Assembly: GCA_001599295.1 (NCBI GenBank)
Contig: BCGN01000002.1
Span: 372,001-436,000 of the forward strand
DNA: 64,000 nt
From: Sporopachydermia quercuum
Taxonomy: Eukaryota
Direction of reading: 5' to 3'
Shown here: positions 48,724-62,765 of the stretch, in pieces
Layout: every line of letters begins with the position of its first letter
How positions within the stretch are numbered: position 1 is the first letter of the stretch
Made by a program: the position numbers and the translations under genes
Notes under the pieces: generated by a model
Database searches by the model: none
Told to the model about the DNA's origin: nothing
What the model saw: only the letters and a program-made list of their open reading frames with translations

Positions 48724-50346
48724 ATGAAATCCATTGATTCAGGTTCACGATCAAAAAAGGCTGTTAAGCTTGAAATGATAGAACATGAAAAGAACTCTAT
48801 GTTGATTAGAGAGTATGCAGAAGACATTTTCGGTTATGTTCACGAGTTGTCTTCTATCACAAAATCTGATCCAGTTATGATCGATCAGCAACCTGAGATA
48901 CAGTGGTACATGAGATCTTGCCTCTTAGATTTTTTATTGGAAACTCATCTCAGTTTTCATTTGCATTCACCTACGCTTTATTTGTCCATTTCAATTCTTG
49001 ATCGATACTGTTCAAAACGAGTTGTTTATAAAAAGCATTATCAGCTTGTCGGCTGTACCGCGTTATGGATAGCTGCGAAGTATGAGGATAAGAAATCTCG
49101 TGTTCCCACTTTGAAAGAACTAAAAGCAATCTGTGGTGATGTTTACGATGAAGAAATGTTTGTTCAGATGGAAGGACATATACTTTCTAGTCTTGATTGG
49201 CTTATTGGAAGCCCCACGATTGACACCTTTGTCTCTGAGATTCTAACCACTTATTCCAATAACTTTCCCCATTTGAATAATCAATCAAGTACAAGAAATC
49301 TGTCAGTTTCTGTCTCATCAGCTATGATCAAATACTTGTGTGAGATGACGATGTACTATAGAGATTTCCTCTTATTTACACCCTCGACGATTGGACACAC
49401 AGCTTTGATCCTCTGTAATGAAGTTAGCAGCTTCATTCATTCAAATCAGTTTAATCCTTCTGTTATTGAGATTCCATTGAGTTCTTTGATCGAGAAGGAA
49501 GTATCAGATAAGCTAGAAGAACTTTCTTTAAAAAGACCAACTGAAAATGGGATTGAAGATGTTTTTGTCGATCCTGAAGATAGGAAGTCACCTTTACAGA
49601 AATGTCTCGAGAGGTTTTTGAGTATCTTGGGTGAGCCTTCAAGAGTGCTAAGTCATAAATATTCCCGTGATTCAGTTTCTTCTATGGTACAAAAGTATCA
49701 TGCTGCTATGAGAACTTTTATAGATGAAACGAAAGATGTGACTATCCAAGTTCATAAAATGAATTTGATGAATGCACAACTTGAAGTCGCAGCCCCAAGA
49801 TCAAACTCGGATGCTGATCTTTATATGAGGAAGACAGGTATGATATCAAATCAATCTACTGAATCACTGGAAGTTTATCGAAACGCAATCAATAGACCTG
49901 GAAACTGCATTTTGCCACCTTCGCCCGCGTCGGCAACCAACTCCCCTGTGGTACCTTCCTTTCCGAATGGATCAAGATTGACAAATATGAATCACTATAG
50001 CTATCAACCACCACCACAGTACGGTGGTCCAACATCAAACAGCCGAACAGAACCCCAAGTTACTAAAGACACTTATATTTCTCCACCGTGTACTCCTGAT
50101 ATGGTGTTTTTGAATCAACAGAATCAAAATGCCTCGAACAACAATGTTTCTTCGACAGGAAGAGTAGCGCAGCCTTGTTTTTTCTCTCAAAATGGCTCAA
50201 GGTATCAACCTAAAAGCGTGGAGTCTTGGTTTAAGGACGTGAATCAAAGTGGAAGAGTTAAAATGAACAGAAATATGACCGTTGATGGCCCTTTGGATAT
50301 GAACATGAGCAACTACGGATATAGAGAGATTAACATAAATCTGTAA
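48724..50346 (+). CDS. G1 cyclin (Cln/Hgc1/Ccn1 family)
   Basis: Cyclin box 'MIDQQPEIQWYMR..LLDFL...LDRYCSKRVVYKKHYQLVGCTALWIAAKYED' and an S/P/T-rich C-terminal tail. Confidence 0.93.
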   Translation: MKSIDSGSRSKKAVKLEMIEHEKNSMLIREYAEDIFGYVHELSSITKSDPVMIDQQPEIQWYMRSCLLDFLLETHLSFHLHSPTLYLSISILDRYCSKRVVYKKHYQLVGCTALWIAAKYEDKKSRVPTLKELKAICGDVYDEEMFVQMEGHILSSLDWLIGSPTIDTFVSEILTTYSNNFPHLNNQSSTRNLSVSVSSAMIKYLCEMTMYYRDFLLFTPSTIGHTALILCNEVSSFIHSNQFNPSVIEIPLSSLIEKEVSDKLEELSLKRPTENGIEDVFVDPEDRKSPLQKCLERFLSILGEPSRVLSHKYSRDSVSSMVQKYHAAMRTFIDETKDVTIQVHKMNLMNAQLEVAAPRSNSDADLYMRKTGMISNQSTESLEVYRNAINRPGNCILPPSPASATNSPVVPSFPNGSRLTNMNHYSYQPPPQYGGPTSNSRTEPQVTKDTYISPPCTPDMVFLNQQNQNASNNNVSSTGRVAQPCFFSQNGSRYQPKSVESWFKDVNQSGRVKMNRNMTVDGPLDMNMSNYGYREININL

Positions 50347-52704
50347 CCTGACTTATATGATTAATGAACATAATTTATATGATACTATATTTTACATCAT
50401 ACTTAGGCGCTATGTTGATTGCCTGTGGTTACACCACAACCACTAAGTAAGTGCTGGGTTGTCATTAACCTAACCTGTGTATGAGTAAATTACAATGTTA
50501 ATTGGGACGGCATATATGACTTTGATCGTAATCTCCCTTCATATATATTAGTAAGTAGTTAATTGTTTTAGCTTTGAAGGTTGAACTTCTAGGTTATTAT
50601 ATCCCTACCAGATTCATTTCTTACTACATGAATAATCATGGCTCGAAAAGGATTCGCATACATCAGATTAAGGTATACAGATATTTATCAATCGAATTTA
50701 GCTATTGTTGACAACATGGAGAGCTACTCTCGCTCTTCTTCTAAGAATAGAGTTTCACTAACCCCAATCCGGTAACTAGGAAATTTGATCGAACAAACTA
50801 AACCTGAACTAAATTAGACTAAAGAAGGGCTATAGGGAATCTCTATTTTTGGATGAAGATATATATTCCTTTATACTACTGTGGGAAAAAAAGAAATTGA
50901 AAAATTGAAAAATGCTAAAAGGGTAAAAACTAACAAAAAAAGGTTTTCACACCGTTCTATTTTTTGTTTATTTATAGTGCTAGTCATTTCATAAAAAGAT
51001 TTAAGCAATTGTTAATTCTGGGGAAATGATGAACTCTAGCCTTCTAATGGCACATATCTCAGTCTCATGTTAGTGAGCTCGACGCTTCTTCTCATTTCAG
51101 GTAGAGTTGAGGTGGAGAAATGAATTTGTCGGTGTGTCTATTAGGAGGTTACTTGAATAGAAACCTGGAGGGTAATAGTTATCATTCTTAGGTTTGTCCA
51201 ATTGGTTAGGTTGCATTTAAAGTTCTAAAATAGTTCTATATAGGATATCGATATCCTATTAAGTCAGGTTAAAAGCAAGTAAGTTTGACTGTCTGAGTAT
51301 TCCGAATATTAGATAAATTTTGACAAAGTCGACTGAAGAATAAAGTTGCGTATGCAAGTAGAAAAGTAATAATAGAAGGTTGAAAGAATGTTTGATCCAC
51401 TTGCTTTTGTCATTGGTGATGGATTTTACCGAGAAGACCACAAGTCACTATGTATAGCGACTAGTACATATATATCTATGTATTTATCTATACATATTAG
51501 TTCCCCATCAACAACGCCAGAAACAGTCGATACATATGCTAGGCTATAACTAATTGAATATCTCAATATTTCCAATATGCTCCAGTAACATGTTAACCAA
51601 GGTACATGCGATAGAATAATTAAAAGGTAACCTGTTGCCAGCTAATACAGCGAAGAACATCGATTGACTACCTCGCGAGATCCGCTTGAGGAATGAGAAT
51701 CTCAGATGTCAGGAACAAACTGCAGTCGATTTTTAAAAACAAGGATTCAAAATCAGGTGAATTTAAGCACACTTCATTGCTTATCCTTAAATATTCTTTC
51801 ATTGAACAAAATATGCAAACACAGGTATTAATGATCTGTCTCACTAAGGTTGCATACCATGTAATATCATTTCATCCCATCCAATTCTGAACCAAACATA
51901 ACACCTAGCATTGCTCGCTATATATTATACATTCTAATTAACTCATTTTTAGTGACTCTCGTTAGCCTTTAGGTTTAGTGTCTGAAATACCTGACTAATG
52001 CTCTAGAGGATACAATTATTACTAACTTTGTCACGTAAAGTTGTCTAAAAAGCTTTGTACCATTTTTCTACTATTTGAATGCCGAAATGCCCGGATATTA
52101 CAGATGAGAACATCCAACAGTAATAATAGTTAAATTTGATATACATGCAATAAGTGGTTGAAAGTATTCATGTTTGAAAGAGCGAGTACTACATTCATAG
52201 ACAGTTTCATCATTATCATTTATACCTATACAAAGGTATGCGTACTTTAACACATTGGAACGCTCATGATAATTACATCATGATAATTACATCATGATAG
52301 ATGACAATATAAAAGAACAAAGAAATCTAAAGTGGGATATTATTACTAATCTACTAAAGCTAACAGGCCAAGAAAGCGATGATACTCCCAATAAAGAAAT
52401 CAGGTAAACAACCATAAACAACCAATATCAAATATATTTAGAGTATTGACATGAATATAAAAGATGAACTCGTACTAGATCAATTCAGTAGAATACTAGA
52501 ATAAACTTTCAGATTTTGAAGTAGATAACGAAAATGATGGGTCAATTCCAACTATTCTCAAATGATGAGATAAGTTACAACCTACCAGCGATCACGTTGT
52601 TGAAAAGCTTGTAGATAATAATTAAATACAATCGCCTTCTTTTGTTAACGCAACAAAAGAAACCGAAAGAAGGTACATAGAAATATCCGGAACTTGAGCC
52701 AATA

Positions 52705-53469
52705 TCAGATCATAACAGGTATATGACCGAGCGTACTATGACCCCCGGTATGCTGGATCAAAAGAAATCTTTTCTGTGTGACATTGCAATGATACATACT
52801 TTCCCGTAAACCTATGTCACTAGGCCAATCAACTGCAGAAATGAAACTGCTAATACATGACGATTTCTCCTTTGAGATGATTCTACACTGTGCCTTATTT
52901 CCTGTGGGTTGGGACGGCACCCAACCCAATCCAAATTTCGAACAATCCCATGATGTATCTTCGTTACTGTAAAAAGACACTGTATTGACGGCTAACTGGC
53001 GGATGGTTTCAGCACGATCATAAAGCCACTCTATATCATCTTCCAAGACAAGGCAGAGCATTTTTCCACCGTCATTGCAACGCTGAATGACATTAGCATA
53101 TTTGGTTCTGTATTCTAAGTCATCAATCTTTCTATCACTATTTGGCTGTTTGATTGCTTGTGCATTCTCATATCCGAACTCATTGACGGCATACCTGATA
53201 TTAGGGTAGTGTTCTCTGTCCAATGAACAACGAGAGTCGTTGTGAACTATGGCATTAGGGAAGTAAGAAAGAATAGATGCAGTTTTCCGCTGGCAACTTT
53301 GTGTAATTATATGAACATCGAATCTTGAATCGACAATCTTTTCTGCTTCTATATGACCAACCGATAGCAGATAGTTCACCTTCCGACATATTACAACCAA
53401 ATAAACCAACAAAATAACAAGTAAACCTGATATTAGTGTACTCAGTTTTTTAGACGTTAAGAAAACCAT
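52705..53469 (-). CDS. Type II membrane GT-A-fold glycosyltransferase-like protein
   Basis: N-terminal TM helix, 'CLVLEDD' metal-binding motif, C-terminal 'IQHTGGHSTLGH' and a Cys-rich lumenal domain. Confidence 0.65.
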   Translation of the reverse strand: MVFLTSKKLSTLISGLLVILLVYLVVICRKVNYLLSVGHIEAEKIVDSRFDVHIITQSCQRKTASILSYFPNAIVHNDSRCSLDREHYPNIRYAVNEFGYENAQAIKQPNSDRKIDDLEYRTKYANVIQRCNDGGKMLCLVLEDDIEWLYDRAETIRQLAVNTVSFYSNEDTSWDCSKFGLGWVPSQPTGNKAQCRIISKEKSSCISSFISAVDWPSDIGLRESMYHCNVTQKRFLLIQHTGGHSTLGHIPVMI

Positions 53470-54424
53470 AGTCAAGCGAACCCTTATCTGATAATACACA
53501 CTGCTCCTAAATCAAAGGACAGATAAAACATATACTCAAACATCAATATTTATGTTCGAAAAATTACCGGTTTGCAGACCCGTTCAATCATCTGTGGTAT
53601 AGCCTCTTTCCAAGAATAGATTTAATAGTTACAAGATATAATACATTAAATATACTTATGTGTTAACTAAAGGATTGCTAGCACAATGTTGTTAGATTAT
53701 TTATCCACAGCTTGATATCATTTTCAGACGCTCTAGGTCCTGTTCAAAGCTAAACAAAGTAAAACCTGCCAGTACCCACTTGGATGAAGTCACATGAAAC
53801 TTGTTTAATTATTCTTTACTAAGACTACTGAATTGCTCAAATGCAGTAGCAAACAATTAGGACGAGTTCTATCAAATAAAATTATCAATCAATATGATTG
53901 ATGATTCGTTTGTCCTCAATGATAATTGATCTTAAATATGGACTTCCGGGCTTCAGGGTTATTATTGGTTCATTATTAAGGCAAAGCAGTAAGTAGTTGA
54001 CATTATGGCATAAGTTAAAAAAAGTGTATCACAATCAGGTACCCTTTTCGGTAAAAAGGTCTTCTCACTAACTTTGCTTCCTAAACCTCCATTCATGAAG
54101 CCTTCTTGAGAGTCGCACCGCACCGTGATGAGTTCCAGTCTTCGTTCCGATCTCAGTTTCTTTCTTTATATTTCTCTATATTAAGATTAGCTTTGCCATC
54201 CTTGAAGATGAATGGGTGTTTGCCACCATAGAACCCCAGAATGGACAAAACTTTATAAATGACCGAGAATATAAATACAAGAAAGCCTGCAAAAGGTGTA
54301 TTAGTATTCTTTCGCTGACATATATGGTATCTATTCAATAGCGAAAAGATCTACAGAATAAACTGACGACTGAAATTACTCTAGAATTCAAGAAATTTAT
54401 ACAATTTAACACAAATTAGCAAAA

Positions 54425-54871
54425 ATGCCTAGATCATCAAGAAGATCCGCTCCATCCAGGGCTCCTCCACGTCAGCAAACCAGATCAGCACACACTGCTG
54501 CTGCCCCAGTTGCAGCAGCTCCACCACCTGTTGCAGCTCCACATGCTGGTCAAGCACGCCAACCAGGTTTATTTGCTCAAATGGCTTCCACTGCTGCTGG
54601 TGTCGCTGTTGGTTCAGCTGTTGGTCATACAATTGGTGCTGGTTTAACTGGTATGTTCAGTGGAAGCGGTAATGAAGCAGCTACCCCAGCTGACCAACAA
54701 GCCATTGCCCCAGCCCAAGCTCAAGCCTACGAGAGCAATTACGCCAGAAGCTGTGACGCTGATGCTAGACAATTAACTAAGTGTTTGGGAGAAAACAACG
54801 GAGATATGCAAATCTGCGATTTCTACCTTCAACAACTCAAGTCATGTCAAGAAATGGCCAAGCAATACTAA
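54425..54871 (+). CDS. MIX17: Mitochondrial intermembrane-space CHCH protein Mix17 (CHCHD2/10)
   Basis: 'QPGLFAQMASTAAGVAVGSAVGHTIG' and twin CX9C motifs. Confidence 0.95.
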   Translation: MPRSSRRSAPSRAPPRQQTRSAHTAAAPVAAAPPPVAAPHAGQARQPGLFAQMASTAAGVAVGSAVGHTIGAGLTGMFSGSGNEAATPADQQAIAPAQAQAYESNYARSCDADARQLTKCLGENNGDMQICDFYLQQLKSCQEMAKQY

Positions 54872-56510
54872 ACAATACCAGAGACTTATTGAAAGAAATT
54901 GCATTTTTTGGTGTTTCTATCTACCATTATTATTGCTCATAGTCTAATAACAGGTATAAAATGATTTCAATGTGTGGAACAAAAGGCTGAGCATTCCACG
55001 TGCCTTTCTCGTTCTCACATTGAAGAAGGTACTGGTTTTAGAGCATACTGGAATATTATAGAATTTATTTTCTTATTTATTTAACGATATTTTTCATGCT
55101 AGACCTCATTATTATGTGAGTTTCTTTAAGATATTCAACCATTCAATAGCTTCTGATCTAAAAGACTGTATTGAAGTGAAGCACGGTAATTAGTTCTCTC
55201 GGTACTCTTCAATTCTGTAAATAGTTCTACATTTAATTTATATCCAAAGGCTCTCTTTCAGTGTTCTAAGTTCTTTCTTCTTCAAAGTATATCTTTCCCA
55301 ATTTTTTTATGTTTCTCTGAAAAAGATACCTCTGCTTCAAGCAATAACCAACTTCTGTAATTAGGTACATTAATCAAACAAGTTACCGCGGATGATCACC
55401 ACTTCTTTCCAACTCATTCACCATCTAATTAACTAAGCATCTATCACATATGAACCTTTCTATATTCTTCTTCAACAACAGTTCCCCGTGTTCTTGTGAT
55501 TGGTAACTCTATTACATAAGAGAAAAATACCTAACAATGATTGGAGCATCAAATATAATCACATAATCAGGAAAAAATACTTGATAGTACTACAAAATGG
55601 TGTTCAGGTGTTGCACTAACTCATTTTGGTTCACCCTCGTATCTTTTAGCGGGGGTATCGCAAGATATATAGATATTCCTTTCCTCAAGAACCAAATCCA
55701 GCCTATAATATTCATCCATTTTCTGTTTGCTTTTTATTTGACAGATCCCGAACTCATTGAGAAGAGATAGAGTGAGAAACCGATACAGGTAGATACGGAT
55801 ATGAAAATAGCTGACCATGAGTCTAAAATAAATAACAAGTTGCTATAAAAATCTTTAAATATTTATACTTGTCCTTTCAAATAAACTTAGAAATATATCA
55901 ATTGTATATATCTCATAATCTGTTACTCATAGTAAGGTAGGAAATCCAATCAGTGAATCGCCATAGTAAACCCAGGAACGCATAATAAATGAAAGGTGGG
56001 AAAATTCCTCATAGAATTAATTTTAATTATTAGTAAAAGTATACCTCTCAATGAAACGTTATTTGAAGGTAGGAAAGAATAATTAAGTGATATCGGGGAA
56101 CAACTACGGGTTTAATTCATTCTATTTGATTGTGGATAAATAATTGAAATTACGAAGAGGTTTGATCATTTATAACGATAGATTATTCCTACTTTCTTGT
56201 TTGCTGCAGTTCGAAAATCTTGGGTATTGATTGCAGAATCACTCGTAGTTACAGACAGACAACGAACAAACAATCAGAACTAACGAAATTTTGACTAGAT
56301 ATTTATTCAGTATTTTTTGCTATTAGATAATATTGAAGCCAAAAAAGATACTAGGATCAAGTAAAGGTTCAATACTATTATAATAGGACATTAAAACCAA
56401 ATCATTATCAGTTCAACCTTTTTGCATTTGTCTGTTGATAACACTACAGCTATCGCTATCTGTATAAATCAACGATATAACCTATTTCCAGCTCATTTTA
56501 CCTCAGCAAT

Positions 56511-57923
56511 ATGATGTCCTCAGCTCGTCTACTGAAATCTATCAAGCCAATACGCTTTAATAGCAGATTTCTGAATAGCTCGTCAACCCGATTTCTGTCA
56601 TCCACAACATTACGAAAAGCTCAAGCTGAAGAACCAATTCTACATGCACCTTCTACAGTTGAATCTGCTTTAAGTGCTGGCTTTCCAACCACTATTTCTG
56701 AAGATCTTAACACACAAAATCGTGATAATGAAGGAGGTAACGCAACTCAAAACACCAAAATCCGTCATTTCACCATCAATTTCGGTCCTCAGCATCCAGC
56801 TGCTCATGGTGTGTTGCGTTTGATTTTGGAATTGAATGGTGAAGAAATTATGAGAAGTGATCCTCACGTTGGTTTACTACACAGAGGCACTGAAAAATTA
56901 ATTGAGTTTAGAACTTATATGCAAGCCTTACCTTATTTTGATCGATTAGATTATGTTTCCATGATGACGAATGAACAAGTGTTTTCTTTAGCTGTAGAAA
57001 AGCTACTCAATGTTGAAGTTCCTATTAGAGCTAAGTATATCCGAACATTGTTTGGTGAGATTACAAGAGTTCTTAACCATTTAATGTCTGTTTTATCACA
57101 TGCTATGGATGTTGGTGCATTGACTCCTTTCTTGTGGGGATTCGAGGAACGTGAAAAGCTTATGGAATACTATGAAAGAGTTTCAGGTGCTCGTTTTCAC
57201 GCTGCTTATGTTCGACCGGGTGGTGTCTCACAAGATATCCCTGCTGGTTTATTGGATGACATTTATATGTGGGCTACACAATTTGGTGATCGTTTAGATG
57301 AAACCGAGGAATTGTTGACCGATAACAGAATCTGGAAACAAAGATTAGTTGATGTTGGTGTTGTCTATGCTGAAGATGCTTTGAACTACTCTTTAAGCGG
57401 TGTGATGCTTCGTGGCTCTGGTATTCCTTATGATATCAGAAAGAACAGACCTTATGACGCTTATGATTTAGTTGATTTCGATGTTCCAGTTGGTGTTAAT
57501 GGTGATTGTTATGATAGATATTTATGTCGTATGTCTGAGTTCAGACAATCATTAAGAATCATTGAACAATGTATTAATGACATGCCAGCTGGTCCTGTTA
57601 AAGTTGAAGATTGGAAGGTTTCTCCTCCTCCAAGACAAGCCATGAAATCAGATATGGAATCATTAATTCATCATTTCTTACTATTTACCAAGGGTTACTG
57701 TGTTCCACCTGGTGAAACATATACAGCCATAGAAGCTCCCAAGGGTGAAATGGGTGTATATGTTGTTTCTGATGGTACTGAACGTCCTTATAGATGTAAG
57801 ATTAGAGCACCTGGCTTTGCTCATTTAGGTGCCTTTGATCACATCGCCAGAGGTAACTACCTTGCTGATGCTGTCGCCATTATCGGTACCATGGATTTGG
57901 TGTTTGGTGAAGTTGATCGTTAA
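56511..57923 (+). CDS. NDUFS2: NADH:ubiquinone oxidoreductase 49-kDa subunit (complex I)
   Basis: '[15 protein letters not shown]', '[10 protein letters not shown]' and C-terminal 'DLVFGEVDR', with a mitochondrial presequence. Confidence 0.97.
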   Translation: MMSSARLLKSIKPIRFNSRFLNSSSTRFLSSTTLRKAQAEEPILHAPSTVESALSAGFPTTISEDLNTQNRDNEGGNATQNTKIRHFTINFGPQHPAAHGVLRLILELNGEEIMRSDPHVGLLHRGTEKLIEFRTYMQALPYFDRLDYVSMMTNEQVFSLAVEKLLNVEVPIRAKYIRTLFGEITRVLNHLMSVLSHAMDVGALTPFLWGFEEREKLMEYYERVSGARFHAAYVRPGGVSQDIPAGLLDDIYMWATQFGDRLDETEELLTDNRIWKQRLVDVGVVYAEDALNYSLSGVMLRGSGIPYDIRKNRPYDAYDLVDFDVPVGVNGDCYDRYLCRMSEFRQSLRIIEQCINDMPAGPVKVEDWKVSPPPRQAMKSDMESLIHHFLLFTKGYCVPPGETYTAIEAPKGEMGVYVVSDGTERPYRCKIRAPGFAHLGAFDHIARGNYLADAVAIIGTMDLVFGEVDR

Positions 57924-58583
57924 AGCATTTGTCATTGGGTAGGGTATTGAAATTGAACATGTCCTACTTTATTTTGTAGTTTGTTCATTATCGTATGATT
58001 TATATTTTCCTTGTCTTCTTGCTTCCCATTTGTTAGAATTGTATGGCAATTATTGTGATTACTGGAATATGATTGAGTTCTTATCTTTCAATTCTGAATT
58101 CAACGAGGATGTCATACTAAAAGCATACTGATATTAAATTCAGTACCGTTAAATTATATAATGCTTTACTTTAGAATTATTTTCTTCCCTTATTTTTCTT
58201 AAGTTAGTTCAGTTATATGGTTTATCGCACTATTATATAAAGCTTTTCTATAGTCGAGGTTAGATAATCAATCAATTGTTTGAATAAATCCATTCACTGT
58301 TTATATTGCTATCCTTCACCAATATATTTTTGTAACCGCGGTATATAGTCATCACAATATAGATTAAGAGAGAGCTCTATTATTAATATAACCGAAGAGT
58401 TTATAGTAAAAAATAAGATCTAGTATTTCAGTTTTTATATTATATAAATTCTTCTGCATTTTTTACTGGCCAACTAAACATCAAGCTATACTATACTCAT
58501 ATCTTTTATAGTCCTCTCACTACCAATTATAATTTTAATGCACGTACGCTAGACACTTCCACCCCAGTTTTACCAGACATCTA

Positions 58584-61284
58584 TTAGAACCTCCAATTAT
58601 CATCAGCAGATTCTATTGCCCACTTAAACTTCTCTCTCAAAGTCTTCGTGAATAGTTTCTCTAAAGGTACTCCAAATTTCTTGCTGAACATAACGGTTAA
58701 TCTGGGATCAATATAATTCATCTTAGATGTACCTAAAGCAACTTGCGAGTTGTCTTCTTTGTCTTTTAGTAATAACTTAGTATTCTCAATTCTTTGCTCG
58801 ATCTTTTCAACTTGGGCTTCAAGCTTTTCAACGGTTGCTCTTTCATTCACTTCAGGTTTGCCACCTGAAAGCTCTTTGGCATACTGTTTCTTCAGATCAT
58901 TAACACTTTGTAGTCTTTCTTTCAATTCACTTTGAGGCAGTTTTTTCCCACCTTCACTTTCAAGTTTCTCATTTTCCTTCTCAAATTTCTTTCTGATTTT
59001 TTCGTCTTCACGTTTGATGATAGTATCATGAATATCGGCAATTTCTTGTTGGCTCAATTCATCAATATCGTCGAAGTAGCCCTTCTTCCTCCTCATCAAT
59101 GTCTTATCCAATTGAAGCATCATTTTTTTCAATCTCATTTTATTCCATTTCAATTCAGCTATCTTATCACTAATCTTTGCGACGGATGTCTCGTGATTCT
59201 TAGAAACTGTCCTCTGATGATTACATAAAATAGCAACTTCTCTATTAGCAGCGTTATATCTGACGATTTTTTCGTTAACGGTACCTTCATTAGGAATCAA
59301 ATCCAATTGTTCCTGGAAAGTCTTCGATGCATTGAAAGTACGGAAAACCTTTGCAGTTAAACCGGGCATATAATTCTGTAAATGCTTATTCAGAATAGAT
59401 GGATCTAGACGATCAAAAATATCATCACCAGGTTCCTTTGGAGGCTTTTTAAAGATCTTAAGATTCTTAAAAACTTGCCTGTCAACAGCTACTTCTTGGT
59501 AGTATCTAATGGAGTCTTTACCCAAAAAGTCAAAAATAACAATATCAGGTTCTCTCAAAGTGATATGTTCATATCTTAATGAACAACAACCTACAGTATC
59601 AGCTTGATCGTCACCTTTTTCACCACCAGCTCTCAAAGCCAAGACATCAATAAGATATGTAGCTGTGGCCATTTGACGATTCAACATCAGCTTGTCTTTC
59701 AACATTTTTCTGTAATCAGCTCTGATTCTATCAACGTGGTTTTTCAATTGTCTTGCTGTTTCAAATTTCTTGAAATCACTCATTCCTTTCAGACTAGAGC
59801 TTTGGCCCAACATAACATACTTAGTATTGTCATTAATATTTTCTTTCCACATTGCTAACCATGACACTGTATTATCATGTTGAACTTTAGACCAACGATG
59901 CCCTTCAGGTGGTTCAGGTACTTTTGCCTCTTTTCCTATATTAATGGTAACTTGTTCAGGAACAACTCTACGTTTCAATTTTCCTGTCTTTGGATGTTGA
60001 CCACGTCCTCTGAATAATCCCGGAGGTTCGATCCGGAAATTACCAACGAGTTCCTTTCTTCCATCAAGAATACAAGTTTTATAATTCTCTTCTAACTTAT
60101 CCTTTTCGGCCTTAATCAACTTCTTTTCAGCTGATGTCATTGCTTTCTTTTCTTCTCTTATTTTCTCGTGATGTTGGAAGATCAAGTTGAAATCACATTT
60201 AATGAACTCTTTAATGACATCATAAGGCCCTTTACTTTCTTTCAATACTTGACGGAAATCATGAAAGAAGTTTTTCTGAAAAGTTGGATTTCTAGCATGA
60301 TCGGTGTTCAACATAGCACCAAAGAAATTAGCAACTTCCTCGGCTTCCATAGGTAATGTAATTGGTTGGTTATCATATAGTAGCTTCACATGCGAAGGGA
60401 GAGGTTCATATGGAGGTGGGAATAAAACACCATTATGTTCCAATGTATTCCATTTCACAGTACCATCATGTTGTTCAGCTTCCCACCACTTGAAATTTTC
60501 TGTTTCTTCTTCGTCGTCATTACCCGAAGTCTCTTCCTTTACAGGTATTTCCTCTTTGATTTTAGATCTTCTTGCAACAGCTTTGACAGGGGTCACAGGT
60601 GAACTTTTACTAGTATTTCGAGACGCAGCAGCAGAATTTATTGCTTTGGATGATTTTTTTGCTGGCTTTGGTGGAGTCTTCTTCTTGAGGTTAGAACTCG
60701 CATCACTTGCAGCTTTGACACGCTTTATTTGCTTGATTTTCTCGGACAAAGGTTTCATATTCTCATCAGAATCTTCCAACTTTACTCTCTTCGTGGTATT
60801 TTTTTTTCTGTTCTGAGAAGTTCTTATACTCTCACTAATGTCACTTTCGCTATCTTGAGCTTGACTACTTAAACTTGCCTATAAACAAAAAAGTTAGAAT
60901 GAATGACTTTCTTAAACCGAACACAGGTTCAGTCAATCGCTTGACAATCTGTTCAAGTTTTGATGATGGATTGATCAAATATAGAGACATACTAAAGGTA
61001 TATTTTCATCATCAAATTCACTCCTAACATTGGCGCCTGAATTGAATTATATTAGTATCAATTCTACAAATTATTGAAAGGAAGAAAAAAAGCAGAGCTC
61101 AATAAAGTAATGGAAACATATCACCTTCTCATTATACAACCGGAACATCAATCAAATTAATGTCTCCATATTAAAAATAGAGATGGGGCTATGCGCATCT
61201 GATATGCCACTACCTTAATTATACTAAACACTTACCAGGAATAAGAGATGCCAAAGACATCTCATCATCAAGTTGAGATGACAT
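58584..61284 (-). CDS. TOP1: DNA topoisomerase I; exons 61284-61236, 61036-60993 and 60878-58584
   Basis: '[16 protein letters not shown]', '[15 protein letters not shown]' and catalytic 'SKMNYIDPR'. Introns GTAAGT...TACTAAT...CAG and GTATGT...TTCTAAC...TAG give a continuous ~795-aa frame. Confidence 0.95.
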
Positions 61285-62765
61285 CTTGATGAAAACTTTT
61301 TGCTGATTTCCAGTATATTTGCTTGATAATAAATTATAATTTCTTTCAGAAAGGTGAATATCTCTGGTGAATCTAAGGCTATTGAAACCAGCAATAAGTC
61401 TCAAACGTGGATATATTCTCAAAGAAAACAGCTTAATTTTTACCGTAGTTGATGTAACAGACGTTGATCCGATGAAATCGGCGATGACTTGTATTTCCTG
61501 AACCCAATATATTGTCTTTCTGTCTAATCTTTTTCAACAATAAATCAACTAATCAATAGATGCATGAATTGTTCACTCAATAATAGAAGACAAGATATCG
61601 CACAAAATTTGAGATAAGGCAGATAATTAAGGGTAAATCGATTAATGAATCTTCACTTTAATCAAAGCGACCCAACAATTACTACTACTCTTTACTACTC
61701 TTTACTTCTCATGAAGTGAAAATATTCAGCAGATCACTAAGTTCATATAGTACATATAGTATTCTTGCTCTTCTTAACATAAACGGTAACCAGTCGACAC
61801 TAAAACAGTTACCAACTATCTCACCATTACGATAGTATTTAAGGCGCTTAGTAGTTTTCAAACTGACCGAAGCTCCCTCTCAGGCTTTAGTAAGGAAATA
61901 TTTCATTGCTTGTTTCTCTTTACAAAAGAGAATAAAATTGAATGGAAGAGAGGACATGTAAAAAGACTGAGTTGAAGGCTGGAAGTTGATATTGTATACC
62001 TGAAAATGGATAGACACATGGTATCCGGTTTTGCAGTACGATTATTTCCGTTTCACAGAGGACCTTAAATCTCATCTCAGAAACTTTTTTCGTACTATCC
62101 GAGATGAGATGTGAAGCGTTAACGTATTTCCGAAGACATAGAACATATTTATTGCCGATTTGGGAAAAAACGATATTAAATTTACCAAACAGGTAACAAC
62201 TAAACATTTCGAGGATGCTTCTGACAGAAAAAAAGATGTTTGATGTTTGATTACTTATTACGAAAGGTAGTCAATAAATTGATTAGAAGCCCTGATAAAT
62301 AGTAAACTTATTGGAAAGTGGAAAAAGTTCAATTAAACTTCTTGATTTGGTAATTATTGGAGATTAGTATTCATTTACATCAACAAATAACCCTTTTGAG
62401 CTTTTCTTTATCCACTCCTGAACTAATTATATGTGGAAAAAGGAAGATATCTTATAATCTTATAATATTCGTTATTATAGAAAGGAGCAAATGGCCTATC
62501 ACTTTCTTTGGTCTTTGTCTTTTTTATACAAATTCTTCCGAGACTCAAAGGTACAAGGGTTCTTGATCTTGTTTTCAATACGGAACTATCAATTGCAGAA
62601 AGCAAGTCCTCTACTCAATCATTAACAAAAATTACTACCGCCTGGACAATTGGTTATCAATAATCTGGATTGAGCATAAAATTATAATTAGTCAACTACT
62701 AAGACTCTAAGTATTATGTCAAATTGACTATCATAATTCCAAGATATCTCTAAATTTTCAACATT

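Noticed and set aside
10929..60816. Many 60-170-aa ORFs antisense to or overlapping the conserved genes (e.g. 10929, 15673, 33722, 38603, 60304)
   Set aside because: Shadow ORFs with no recognisable motifs, mostly starting at non-ATG codons.
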